Source of the DNA: Lepidodermella squamata | Lineage: Eukaryota > Animalia > Gastrotricha | Reading direction: 5' to 3' | NCBI GenBank assembly: GCA_047495785.1 | Contig: JBLDXI010000042.1 | Span: 124,001 to 188,000, forward strand | DNA: 64,000 bases | Shown: in pieces, positions 1 to 11,427 of the stretch | Layout: every line of letters begins with the position of its first letter | Position numbering within the stretch: the first letter of the stretch is position 1 | Made by a program: the position numbers and the translations under genes | The notes under the pieces: model-generated | What the model saw: the letters and a program-made list of their open reading frames with translations, nothing else | The model's database searches: none | What the model was told of the DNA's origin: nothing

Positions 1-513
1 CATTAATCATGCTTTATTGAAGCGCCGTTTTCCAAAGCCAAAGATGACTCATTTAAGTCGGCCGAAACCGCTAGATACCTCTTAGTCATCAACCTATTGA
101 ATACTAACTACAACTGCCTTCAACGACAGACATAAATCATGTTTTTTTCGACCACGCGTGACTGAACACGCATGGGCGTTTGTAAAAAAAAGAGAATTAT
201 CAAAAGCCATCATTGAGCAGAGATTATTTCTATACATAAGTTTAAGAGGAGAAAAAAGTTGAATAAAAGCACGCGCGTGGTGGCATGGTTACGACTGAAG
301 CAACACCTACCCCCTCCATAGTAATATAACAAGGCTTTTATCATCAGCCGTATCATCACCACGTAGATATTATTATTATTATTATTCAATGACAGCGCGA
401 GATAATCTCTTCCTCGTCATCATTAGCAACTTTTTCCACTCGAGAGCGAGAGAGATATTACACATTTTATCAGCTGATTTAAACTTGTATACTTGACTTT
501 TGATTTTCGAACG

Positions 514-1431
514 ATGAATTTATCAGTTTTTGCCACATGCTTGGCTCTGGTTGTGTTAACTGCTGTGCTGTTACCAGTTAATTCGCGGCCTCTTTCGCGA
601 GCGAAACGATCTCAAGTCGATGATGCAAAAAGTAATTTGAATTTTTCAAATTTTCGCACACGAAAACAAAAATAATGTTTTGAAAAATTCCAATCAAGAG
701 CAAACAGTTCTCAAGAGAGAGAGAGAAAAGAGTAAAAAAGAATTATTTCAAAAATCAATAAATTTGAAAATCTCGGAATTTGTGGAATAACCCCAATTTT
801 TCCGAGATTTTCTCAAATTTTAATATAATTTGGAATTTTCTTCAGACGCGTTTTATAATTTTTCTCGAATTTCTAGTAAATCACAAAATAATTCTTAAAT
901 TCATAAATTTAAATGTTGAGTTTGAAGCGAAAAATTCACATTTGCAGCACTCATAGGTATTTTTAAATGTAAAAATTAATTAAATAATAACCATTTAAGC
1001 GAAATCGTCAATGATACCAAAATTATGACATCCTAATTTTTTCAAAATTATCGCTGAATTTTTTTTACAGTTCAATTTTAGTCGGTTGCGATCATGATTA
1101 CCTATATGCACAATATTTTTTTACGCGCTTGTAAATTCAAGCCCACTATCTTCTAAATTTGTTACGATGATTTTTTCTATAATTTTCCTATTTTTTTCCA
1201 GGTTCTCCCGTAGAGGTGACCGATGTAGAACAATACATCACTGACTTGGTCGAAAAGCGCGACTACGACACGCTCATCTCCCTTCTCCGATTTATCCGGC
1301 AAAAAGAGAAGGCGCAAATTCAAGCCGACTGTATGGCCATCTTCAGATCTCGAGCCATCTGCAACGGCTCGGCAGCGTTCAACATATGGCAAAAAACGAT
1401 TGCCGAACGGCTCAAGCCACATAAAGATTAA
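514..1431 (+). CDS. Putative secreted prohormone/neuropeptide precursor, 2 exons (514-631, 1202-1431), ~115 aa
   Basis: Signal peptide MNLSVFATCLALVVLTAVLLPVNS. A phase-1 GT-AG intron joins the exons in frame. Two dibasic KR sites (RAKR, EKR); the C-terminal peptide has a C-x9-C loop (CMAIFRSRAIC). Confidence 0.7.
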
Positions 1432-1552
1432 TTAATCGATGTATATAATTCATCAAATAGGCCCTGAATATATTGCCAATATGCATGAAATACTCTAATC
1501 ATTTGAAATACAACAAGTTCGATGTTTATTTTTCCATTGTAAATGTTAAAAT

Positions 1553-2727
1553 TTAGTCGAAACGATCGCAGGAGAAGGTGGTGAAGCCAGCTGCAGTTTG
1601 GAAGGCCTGCTTAGCCGCTTCCTTAACGTCGCTACCATCGAGGGACAGACCGGCCTCAACAACTGCAGCGGCAGTTTGGATGGTAGCAGCTGAAACCTTC
1701 TTGATAAAGTCCTTGCAGCCCTCTTTGTCCTTGCAGCAGATGGCGCCGAAATCGTACGGGCGCGAGCTCGGGCAATTGGCCCAGCAGACGGGTCCAACAC
1801 CGGAATACTTATCTGGGCAGTACGGGTAGCACAGACCAGCATCGTACTCCTTATCCGGGCCGCATCCCATCGGTTTGCCAACTCCACGGCCGTAGCTGGC
1901 CTTGGCGTAAGTATGGGCATCAACGCGGCACGTGCAGCCGTCGTTTTTGTATGGCGGGTCGTATGGTGGGCAGAAGGAGCAGCCTTTCGAGAAGGTAAGG
2001 CCGCATTTGTCGTACCATGGGCAATCATTGTTGTTGGATGAGATGATCTTAGCGTTGCGGGTGCAGAAAGCTCCGGTATCGCTGTAACCGGGTTTGCAGG
2101 TTTCCCAGCACTGAAAGGATTGAAGAGGAGTTTTTTGAGTAAAAAGCTTGAGAAAACCTAATTTCAGTGAACCTAATTTGAGTGAAAATCATAAAAAACT
2201 TTGGTAATTCCCGGGTTTTAACTGAATTTCGGAGTAATTTCTTGATTGCGTAACAATTTTGGGGAATATCTGTATATTCTATTTCTTCAAATCGGGTTTT
2301 TACCACCTAGAATTAATCCCGATCCGGATTGTGATTTTTTTTATATAGAGAGGATCAAAACTTACAACTGGGCCAACTCCCTTGTAGCCGGGTTTGCAGT
2401 AGAGGTAACACAAACCAGTGTCCTTTTCGTAGCCCTCGGCGCAGGAATTTACTGGCTTTCCAACGCCACGGCCCTGCGAGCTCTTCCAGCACAGACCGAG
2501 CTTTTCCTTCATGATGACAACAACATTGGTGAAGTTGACGTTAGCCAGGATGTTGCTGATTAGGTTTCCAATCGGGTTGAACTCTTCGTCCTCGTCAACC
2601 CAGCCAGACAAGCTTTTACGAGCGTCGACTAAGGAAAGGAAAGTTTGAAGAAGTGAAAGTTGTAGTCACGGGTTTTACCTTGAGACGCTACGGCAACGAG
2701 CAAAAGAGCGGCAACAAAGAATCTCAT
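1553..2727 (-). CDS. Secreted Cys-rich repeat protein C1, 3 exons (2679-2727, 2366-2628, 1553-2110), ~289 aa
   Basis: Signal peptide MRFFVAALLLVAVASQVDA, acidic propiece, two GRGVGKP..C..D.GLCY..C...Y.GVGPVCW..C units, Ala-rich helical C-terminus. Exon structure is conserved in paralogs C2 and C3. Confidence 0.9.
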
Positions 2728-2780
2728 GTTTTATCGCGTTAGAAAATTAAGGTTATACCGTTTTTTATGAACCCCGACTC

Positions 2781-2788
2781 TTTTTATA
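2781..2788 (-). promoter_or_regulatory. TATA box of C1
   Basis: TATAAAAA on the minus strand ~55-60 nt upstream of the ATG. The equivalent position is conserved upstream of C2 (~12769-12776) and C3 (~51967-51976). Confidence 0.6.
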
Positions 2789-4299
2789 CGTTTGAGGAGT
2801 TGCGTGCGGGATGGGCCCATTTATCGCGAATTTCGTCGGGCGAGCGTTTTTTTCCGGTTCCTATGCAAACACCGTGTGAGAGCGTTTTATCATTTTGGCT
2901 CAGGTAGCGCCCGCTTTATCGCTTAATTTTTATCGCGTCGCTCGCTAGAAAGGACATGTCTGATGCCTGCGAGTGGTGTGTAAAAGAATGTTTCAGCAGA
3001 ATTATCTGACGGCGAAAGGTCATTAAGAGCACAGGAGCTAGAGATTATTAAGGTAGCATTATTGAGTTCACAAAATCACAGCTCGGATCTAACTGCGCCA
3101 CGTCATGATATAGTGCTTTCAAAATCACCAAGGGTTCTAGATGCCTTTGGGCGTGGTGAACGATAAAGAAAAAGGCTTCTACAAACGATACAGCCTGCAT
3201 CTCGTTAATTTGACGTAGGGACGCCAAAGGTGTGTCTCGAGATAAAATCTTACAATTGTATGTACAGCCCAAAATAGGAAAAATGTCAGCCTGTGATGAT
3301 TAGGTTGTAGGGAGCAAAAAAGACCCGGTTTTAATGAAAGAATTACTAAGCATGAAATTGAATATCATTCTTCTCAGCTACTGAAATCATAGATCATAGC
3401 TTTAGATTTCGCCCTCAGTTTACGAGCCCGTGGCAAAATTTTGGATTTATTATTTTACGACCATCCACCCGAAGGTGCTCTGTTTTGAATTTTTCCGCGA
3501 ATTACTCGTCTGAAGTTAGCTATGTGATGTTTTCGGAGTCGAAATTGAGTTTGTTTGGTGATTCGAACAGGCTCGGAGGGCGACCAAGGCATTTGGTTCC
3601 CATGAATCCAAGGGCCACCACAGGCCCACAAAGCTCCCATAGATCCCAAGGCTCATAAGGCTCCAAGTCCGCGTCGTATAGGGTAGATCAAGGGCTGCGC
3701 GAAGGCTATTGGCTTGCATCTCAAACCACCGGTCACGTGAAGACTTAGGGAGGCAATAGACCATGTCGGCGAGCTGTAAGTCATCACGTATCATTAAAGT
3801 ATCAACACAGCAAGTTCTATCTATCCCTTCTAGTTCCATGATTATCTAGTTGATATTCTAGTTCCAGTTTTATCTAGTTCCATGATCCTAGAGCGAAAAT
3901 ATGAAAATATGAGCCAGGCCTCCCGTGGAAGGCTGGTTACACTCCCGGGTGAAATCAAGATTAAATCGCGTTGTTCGAGTGAGGACTAGCCTTAAGCAAC
4001 AGCAAATTTGGCAATATGAGGATCAGGGCTGCAAAAAGTGTTTTTCTTCCCACCACCGGCTTCAAAATTTCCCCAAAAAAAATTTTCACGTAGAATTTTA
4101 TCAATGCATGATATGTAATGGCACGTGCTTTACAAGCACTTATTTTCGTTTTTTATAACTTTTAAAAATTTGATTAATTTTTTGTTATCATAGTTGGCTC
4201 AATAAAGCAATTTTCTTGATGCTATCAATCTCTTTTAATTTTACTCAGAGGTAAATAAATAAACTTTGATTTTTCTAGCAAGTTATTGTCTTATCCACC

Positions 4300-7200
4300 A
4301 TGGTTCCACCATCTCACGAAGTGGTGAAATGTGAATTTTGCCATAAACCTATGAGGCGAGATAAGTTGAGTCGCCACAAGGAGGCAAAACATAAGAAAAT
4401 GTTGGATAAAATCCAGAAAAAGTTGTCGTTTTTTATTCCAAACAAAGCTTCGACTAGCAATCCTTTAGTTTGTCAGCCTTCCACTTTAGAGGTGAATTCA
4501 GCAGTGGACGATAGTTCCCCTTTTGATCAAGCTCAAGCTGAACGTGTTTCTCGTGAAGTAACTCCGACGAACGACAACAGAATTGAAGAAATCTCCGATT
4601 CGAGTCTGGCTGACGTCGAAGAATCGGATGATGCTTTCCAACCTGAATTCAATTCATCTCAACCTCGAGTTGCCAGATCTGAGTCTGTTACCTCAAGCCA
4701 TAGCCGAATTTCGGTCACAGACGAATTCATAACTGAGAAATTCGACGAATTGGGCCGAAAAATGGATTTGCTCACGTTGATTTCACAGCAAAAGTCTGGC
4801 TCGAAGGTAGTCAATCAAAATAATAGTCGAGAAGCTGAAGACGAGGATGAACTGATGCTAGACGTTTTGAAGGCCTCAAAGTCCTTGAATAAGATATTAA
4901 GGCTTTTCCCATGTTTTGAGCTGGTTTTCGAGGAAACGGACGAGGAAACGAAAACAGTCATCAGGTGCAATAACTGCACCAAAAATGGTGCTAAGAAAAT
5001 GAAAACAGGACGCTTTGACTACGATGTGAAGCTCGGCATTGAATTTCACAACACAAATCAGCCTGAAGAATATAGAAACTTGAAGGTGAGTAGACTGATG
5101 AAAAATGTCCCATTTCGAAATTCTTCTGCTAATTAGAAGTCGCTGGCTGATCATTTGACTTGCAAAACCCACATCAATGAAGAAAACGTCGCTGAAAAAT
5201 CCAAAAAATCAGCTGGTACATCGGTTGAATTTAAAATTGGTGATATTCGAATGTGTAAAATTTTTACGATTTAAACTCGGTCGTTAAATCAGGAATGTTA
5301 TTGGGGAGGCAGGTATACAGCAATGCTCGAGAGGCTATATCCTATGTGAAGTTCGAGCGACAAGTGGCCGCTTTAGCAGCTTCGAAGGTCGAAGTCGGGG
5401 AAATCAACCACGGCCGGCAATTTGCCTCTTCTTTCACCGGAACTCTTTACGCAACACTGCTGGAAAAATTTGTCGAGCTTCTTCATTCCCCGTTGCCGGC
5501 TACGGGTTTCCCGACACCTTTAGCAATTTTGACCGATAAAATGACGGCCAAAAGACGGACGGGTCAGATTTTGGCCATTGCTGCTCTGGTTCGTGGTCGA
5601 ATTCGAGCAATATTCGTTGACAATTCAATAGTTCAAGATCACACAGGTGAGTATTGAATTAATGAATTAATTTTAATTTTAATTTTAATTTTAATTTTAA
5701 TTTTAATATTAATTTTAATTCATTTAAGGGGCTGGTTTGGCCAAGTCAATGATCGAGGTGTTGCATTCAGTTTTACGACTGGATAAGCAGCAACTGCGAG
5801 AAAGGCTAACCGGCCTTGCTTGCGATGGTCAATACGTCAATTTGAAAATTGAAGATAGGTTTCACGATGAACTGGGATCTGAAGTCTGGTTGACAATCAC
5901 CTGGGATCCAGCGCACAAAATAGAGCTCGCTGTTTCAGATGCCCGCGCGCTTCATGATTGGGTCAAAGCTATCACCGACACTATCACCGAGGTCCTGAAA
6001 CAAGTCGGCCGCGGCAAGAAGCTGGAAGAATTGCGAGATATTGCTTCCGCCTCTGGCGAAGAATTAGCGAGCGTTGGCTTGTTCTCAGGTGAAGCATATT
6101 TTAAAAACATTTTTGTTTTGGGGAATTTGGCGATGAAAATTAGATATTCGGAATCAGCGCGAAAAGTTATACATTACCTCAAATTTGTGCATGCGTATCG
6201 TTAAAAATAGTGGAGACGGCTAAAGTTTGGTGTGAGTGGCGCGCGCGCACACACACACTATTTGACTTCAGCGCTCTCGCGCGCTTTGCTCAGTTCTGTG
6301 CGTAAATGGGAAGGAGCGTATTTCTGGGAAGTCAGCTTTTGAAAGCGCGCACACGCACGCACAAGACCGCGCGCACACCGCACACTCATTTTTATAATTT
6401 TTAATCGCCGATTTCTTTGCGAATTCGGCTGCGAATCGCGCGCAAATTTGAGGTATAGCCTAATTTTACTCGCTGATTTCAAATATCTAATTTATTTTGG
6501 GAAATTCGTCAGCCTTAAAAAGTTGCAAAAAGCAGGCCATTTTGATTTGTTTTATCGAAATTCTTCCCAAATTTTCCTAGAAATTTCAAATAAATTAATC
6601 CAAATAGCGCTCTGCATTTCCCATTCTCCTTCCCATTTCCAGATGAACCATTGTAAATTAAATGGTATTCAATTTTTTCAAAAATTTAATTTCTTAAAAA
6701 ATTTCTTGAAAAATTAGGACTGATTTGACCCTCATTCAAACCTTAATATTATATCATAAGATCATAAAAATCGTTTACAAAATTTTATCATTTTTAGAAG
6801 ATTTTTGCGAATTCCTGATCAATTCGATAAATAAATAAATTCCTGATAAAAACGACCGAGGGTTTAGAAAATGGGAAAATAATCTTTACATTCATGTATT
6901 ATATAGGCACCCGTTTCGCCGCTTACGCAGCATCAGTTCTCCGAAACTTCCGAAAAAATTACTGTCATTTAAACGCTCGGCTCAAAATGAAAAAGGATGA
7001 ACTCTCGTCTAAAATTGGGAACGTCCGATTTGTGCTCCTCTTGGAATTATTAATAGACATCTACGATCGACTTGGCAAATTATCATCAGAGGTACAAATC
7101 TTCGAAATGCTGCCTTGGGAAATTGACACCATCATCAAACTGGCCAGGTTAAATTTTTCGAATTTAGCTGAAACTTCCGAACTGGAAATTATCGATAACT

Positions 7201-8006
7201 TCCCGAATTTCTACAAGGCGAGGAGCCAATTGCTAGAAACTGGGAAATACCGGAACGCTGAAATTTCGCTTACCGACAGCTCGAAAACTACTCGTTCCTC
7301 TACTCGGTCGAATGAAAATTCGGGAAATACGATTGAAGAAGTTGCGTTGTGTTGTGTTGGGCTGGGAATGAAGTTCTGTGGTAGCTTGGGAAATGAACTT
7401 TTCAAAAGATTTCCGATTGCGAAGAACCTGATCCGAAAAGCTGAGCTGGTTTTCAACTTGTCGATGATACGAAACCACGGCCCCGATTGCACTGCGACTC
7501 TAGCGGAGATGGTAGATGAAGCCAATCGAGCGGGACAGAACTTCCCAAAGACAGCGATTCTTTCCCAGTACTCAATCTGGAAACAGCGTGTCCGCGCGCT
7601 TCCCCCGATCGCTTCACAAAAACCAATTGAGATCCTTTACAAATTCCTCGCGGAAGAATCCCTGTACGGCGGCATTAAGGAGTTCATGAGGTTTTATCTC
7701 ACTTGCTCTCTGAAAACTCATTGTGAGAGCATCGTCGAGAGCATGGGGGCTGTGCTGGATCGCCATGCCTCTCATGACAGGCCAATCGGCGAGGGAGCTG
7801 TGGCCAAAGAAGTATTCCTTCATTGGAACGGCCCGAATCCAGCTGGGAAAAAATCAGATCGGTTTATCGAAGCAGCGTTGAATAGACATTTTTCGAATGA
7901 GCCGTGGCAATTCCAACGACGATCAGGCGATTCTCGGCTCAAATTTCGTAAAACAAGCGAGGTCGTCGACAGAATTGCTAAAGAGGAAGGGCGAATCGAA
8001 TTTTGA
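4300..8006 (+). CDS. hAT transposase, 5 exons (4300-5085, 5137-5239, 5293-5646, 5729-6088, 6907-8006), ~900 aa
   Basis: All four GT-AG introns keep frame (2703 nt total). N-terminal CxxC..H..H finger; candidate catalytic motifs ILTD, ACDG, WDPAH (CxxH position), TRF and ESIVES; lies inside the TIRs. Confidence 0.85.
6137..6494. repeat. Palindromic MITE-like insert in transposase intron 4
   Basis: Imperfect ~57-bp inverted repeats (aaattagatattcggaatcagcg...cctcaaatttg / caaatttgagg...cgctgatttcaaatatctaattt) with GCGC/CACA-rich inner arms. Confidence 0.6.
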
Positions 8007-8720
8007 TTGACTAAGGGTAAAGAAAAAGGTGACAGAGGCGAGAGTTGAGTGAAAATAAAACCGATGTCTGATGTGGATTAATTGAACAGTTGATGTATTA
8101 AAATTTCAATTTCCCATTCAAACTTCCCACAAAAAGAGGGTTCATTGTTCTGAAACTTCCCACCACCAAGGGTGGCATGGTGGTACACTTTTTGCAGCCC
8201 TGATGAGGATTTTTTAACACTTTAAGCGCCGGGGTTTTTCACGTGTACCATTCCTGCAGCGCCGGGGTATTTTCGATGTACCTACCAAAAAATTCGACCC
8301 CCAGATTATTATATTTTCTTGAAGGTCATTGAATTCCAAGATCTTTGGTCAATGTCCTGAATTTTTCTAGCTCATCCAAAATTCCATACAAAATTCCAGT
8401 CACAAAATTCTTGAAAATTCTAGAAAATATCTATTCAGGTGTACAAAACCAAGGTGTTGCAAGGTGTTTCTCAAATGAAAGCCAGCTACGCCAGAAAAAA
8501 CAGTTTGTCTATTTGAGGTGCACATTGAAGGTTTAATGAACGATTTCACAATACATGTGACAGTTTACAAATTCAGTATGTTATCCGATAATTTACTAAT
8601 ATATTGTCCAAACAGCGAGTTGACCGATTACTCACTCCTACTCACTGGAAAGATTGTCTCTCGCTCTGATGATTTCTACATTCACTATTCTTGCTTCTTC
8701 GGGACCTACGGACTTCATTG

Positions 8721-8790
8721 CTGACGTAGGTCCCGAATGACTGGCTCATCGAGAAGCTCATCGATGCTCAGATCATTATTCAAGTTTCTA
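8721..8790 (+). promoter_or_regulatory. Conserved proximal upstream element of peptide genes (TGACGTAGG...CATCGAGAAGCTCATC...TCATTATTCAAGTTT)
   Basis: The same motif block lies ~40-125 nt upstream of the ATG of P1, P5 (~20469-20541), P6 (~22208-22275), P7 (~24194-24267), P9 (minus, ~25973-26048) and P11 (minus, ~33520-33592). It contains a CRE-like TGACGT. Confidence 0.6.
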
Positions 8791-8831
8791 TCTTCAAGAT
8801 AAAGTTGAATTATTTCCTTTCAACTGTTAAC

Positions 8832-9152
8832 ATGGCATTTAAGCTTGCATTAGTGATCGTCGTTTTGGTGAGCATTCTCCTGTGGTATTTCGTATTCTAC
8901 CATTTTATTTCCAAATAGGCCGCTGTTACTCTTACGGCGTTCGCAGTAAGGGACGGAGATTCTTGCTGTTATATCGGGAGTAAGCCGGGTGTATGGAAGA
9001 AAAGCTTGAACACGGGTCTGCTGGTTTGCACCATGTCATGGGGAAAGCGCGAGGAAGCGCAGCTGGAGGAAACGGCGCGGGAAGCCTGTAAACTTCCAAA
9101 CGGAAAGCCTGGCTATCGGCATGCTGGCGCTGCAAACTGCTTCAAATACTAG
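8832..9152 (+). CDS. Secreted peptide precursor P1 (exons 8832-8867, 8919-9152), ~89 aa; 3' end truncated by a rearrangement
   Basis: MAFKLALVIVVL|AAVTLTAFA-VRDGDSCCYIGSKPGVWKKSLNTGLLVCTMSW-GKR-EEAQLEETAR-EACKLPNGKPGYRHAGAANCFKY*. 51-nt phase-0 intron. Confidence 0.75.
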
Positions 9153-9567
9153 GATAACCTATTGTAACAACTCGTAAATTTCAATCTTAAGTCCTTTGGT
9201 TCGGCTCATTATAAGTTTCCCCCAGATTTTACAAAGGTTTCATCTTAATGAATGACGACGAAATGAACCGACAATATTTCGAAGCAGCGAAGAACACATC
9301 ACCGGTTCAAAAAGCTAGCTATTTGTTCACGAGGGCACATGCGCCAAATGATCCGGCCGATGCGATAACAACTCGAAAACAATCTTGCTATAAATGCGCT
9401 TATTGAATCAGTCTCTTTTCTGCTGCTAAAAGTGCTCGATAATATCGATTAATCATAATTACGGTTTTTTGCTAACCATGCGAATAACTGACAAAAGGAT
9501 CTTCGAGTTGACTGAACGAGCTCAGTTCAGTCATTTATTCATCTTTTCAATCATCTTTCATTAAGTA

Positions 9568-9781
9568 ATGGAAAATCTCTCTTCAGCCACCGCTGCTCTG
9601 GTAAAATCAATTATCCTTCCCTAATTTACATTGAAGGTATTCGATTATCTAACAGGTTGCGGTCAGCATTGTCTTGGCTTTGGCTGATGCTTACATAAAG
9701 AATGAAGATGGATGCATCTTCCATCTTTACACAAACTTGGCTACTAGGGGCTCGACACAACGACCAAAGCAGAGACTTTGA
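9568..9781 (+). pseudogene. Peptide gene P2 (B-type, paralog of P4), frameshifted and truncated
   Basis: MENLSSATAAL|VAVSIVLALADAYIKNEDGCIF, then a frameshift; homology ends before the second Cys. Confidence 0.75.
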
Positions 9782-10071
9782 TTTGATTCGATTTGATTGT
9801 GATTTGATTTGATTTAGGCCGTTTTTTGATTATCTGATTTCATTATAGTCCAGCTTTGCAGGATCAAAGTCCATATTTAGCTGATTAAAACGCTCTATCG
9901 GCCGAAGGTTTTCGCGTGTACCTTTCCTGTAGCACCGGGGTTTTTTCGATGTACCTACCAAAAAATTCGACCCCCAGATTATTATATTTTCTTGAAGGTC
10001 ACGGAAATCCAAGATCATTGGTCGATGTCCCGGATTTTTCCGGCTCATCCTTATTACGTAATAACAAAAAA

Positions 10072-10727
10072 ACACTTACTCATATTTGAGTATAAGTCGC
10101 CATCGTGCAAACTGCTTACTCACCTATATGAGTATACGGCGTTTTCTAGCAAATCTCATTTACTCACTTTACTTTATTGCTATACTCACCTATGAGTATT
10201 TAGCGCTAGCTTGGAAACATTGCAAGACCAAATTATGCAGCTATCATGTGGTTTTAGGGTTTGGTTGTTGAAAAGACACTACCAGCGATTTTTTGGAATT
10301 TTTTTTCTTGGATAGCGTGCCTTCTAAAAATAAGCTGTTTTAAAGGAAAAATACTTTGAAACATGTCGCATCTCATGTAGGTGAAATGAAAAAATCAGCT
10401 AATTCTGGAATTCGATAATCTATCTATAATCGATAATCGATGATCGATAATCAGTGAATTCTTATTCAAGAAATGAGTATAGGGTGATTTTGACATCAGA
10501 TTTGATGTGACTTGGTGTGACTTGTGTCTTGGGGTGCATCATGGGTATTTTCAGTTTTCAGATGCACAGGTCTCGCGTAAAAAAATCGCAAAAAAGCAAC
10601 ACTTCTGTGTACTCATATATGAGTATACGGCGAATTTCTGCAAATTGGAGGCTACTCAAATGTGAGTATATAGCGAATTTCTGCAAATCCGAGAATACTC
10701 ACATATGAGTATTTGGACGATAGAGTG
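10072..10727. mobile_element. Non-autonomous DNA-element remnant with subterminal palindromic repeats
   Basis: Six copies of TACTCA(n3-6)TGAGTAT, three clustered at each end; no credible ORF; TIR/TSD not resolved. Confidence 0.45.
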
Positions 10728-10752
10728 TTCATGAGTTCGTCAGTTCGTCAGT

Positions 10753-10753
<1 letters not shown>

Positions 10754-10800
<47 letters not shown>
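10754..10800. repeat. (CGT)n microsatellite
   Basis: About 15 CGT units with one interruption. Confidence 0.95.
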
Positions 10801-11249
10801 AAAAAATTGCAGAAAAATACTAAATGACCGTAGAAATTGGAACCGTTGGACTTGGAATCGAACCTTAAAATATCTTGCATAGCACTGAGCACGCAGCAGA
10901 AAATAGCGCAGTAAGGCCATTATTTCTGAAATCTACCTGTAACTCAACCTTTGTCACACCTGTGTGAATCATCATCTACCCCGCCAAAATTGTTGAAGGT
11001 TGTATTATTGCAGATTCGAATTCTGCGCATCAAATTAGGGTACTCTTGTCAAACCCGAAAGCTTAATGCCGATCTCACCGGGAAAAACATAAGTGGACTT
11101 TTGTCCTGATTTTTGGACATTTCGTTTTTTGCAATTTCTGAGGTTCCATTGAGCCATTCTCTTCTGTGAAAAAATTGACGCTTTACCCATGATGAGGCAC
11201 ATCTTTTGACACCGAGCTTACCTACACCTCGCGTACTCATCGCACAGGT

Positions 11250-11337
11250 GAGAAGGTGAGATTTTTTATTTTGATCAATAATTATTCCGAGGTCTTTCAC
11301 TGAGTCCACAGCAGCAAGCTCGACGTCTTTAATTTTG
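11250..11337 (-). mobile_element. Short LINE RT fragment
   Basis: KIKDVELAAVDSVKDLGIIID is nearly identical to the LINE at ~32522-32600. Confidence 0.8.
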
Positions 11338-11427
11338 GATATATTGGTCAAATATATGCATGAAATACTCTAATCAGTTGAAATACAAGAAGTTCGATGT
11401 TTATTTTTCCATTGTAACTGTTAAAAT

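Larger units (their letters stand above)
1478..3290. repeat. Segmental duplication unit (C1 gene plus flanks); second copy at ~11354-13315
   Basis: Near-identical 3' flank, exons and ~550 nt of upstream sequence in both copies; intron 2 has diverged. Confidence 0.85.
4024..8202 (+). mobile_element. hAT-superfamily DNA transposon, apparently full length (4179 bp)
   Basis: Perfect 18-bp TIRs CAGGGCTGCAAAAAGTGT (4024-4041 and 8185-8202) and an 8-bp TSD ATGAGGAT (4016-4023, 8203-8210). Encodes a transposase. Confidence 0.93.

Noticed and set aside
1546-2028. 160-aa Ala/Arg/Thr-rich ORF (and equivalents at 11421-11819, 50683-51057)
   Set aside because: Alternative-frame shadows of the C1/C2/C3 coding exons.
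3455-3839. ORFs of 64 and 107 aa
   Set aside because: No recognisable domain or splice structure; looks like repeat-internal sequence.
10729-10920. Poly-Arg protamine-like ORF
   Set aside because: It is a translation of the (CGT)n microsatellite.
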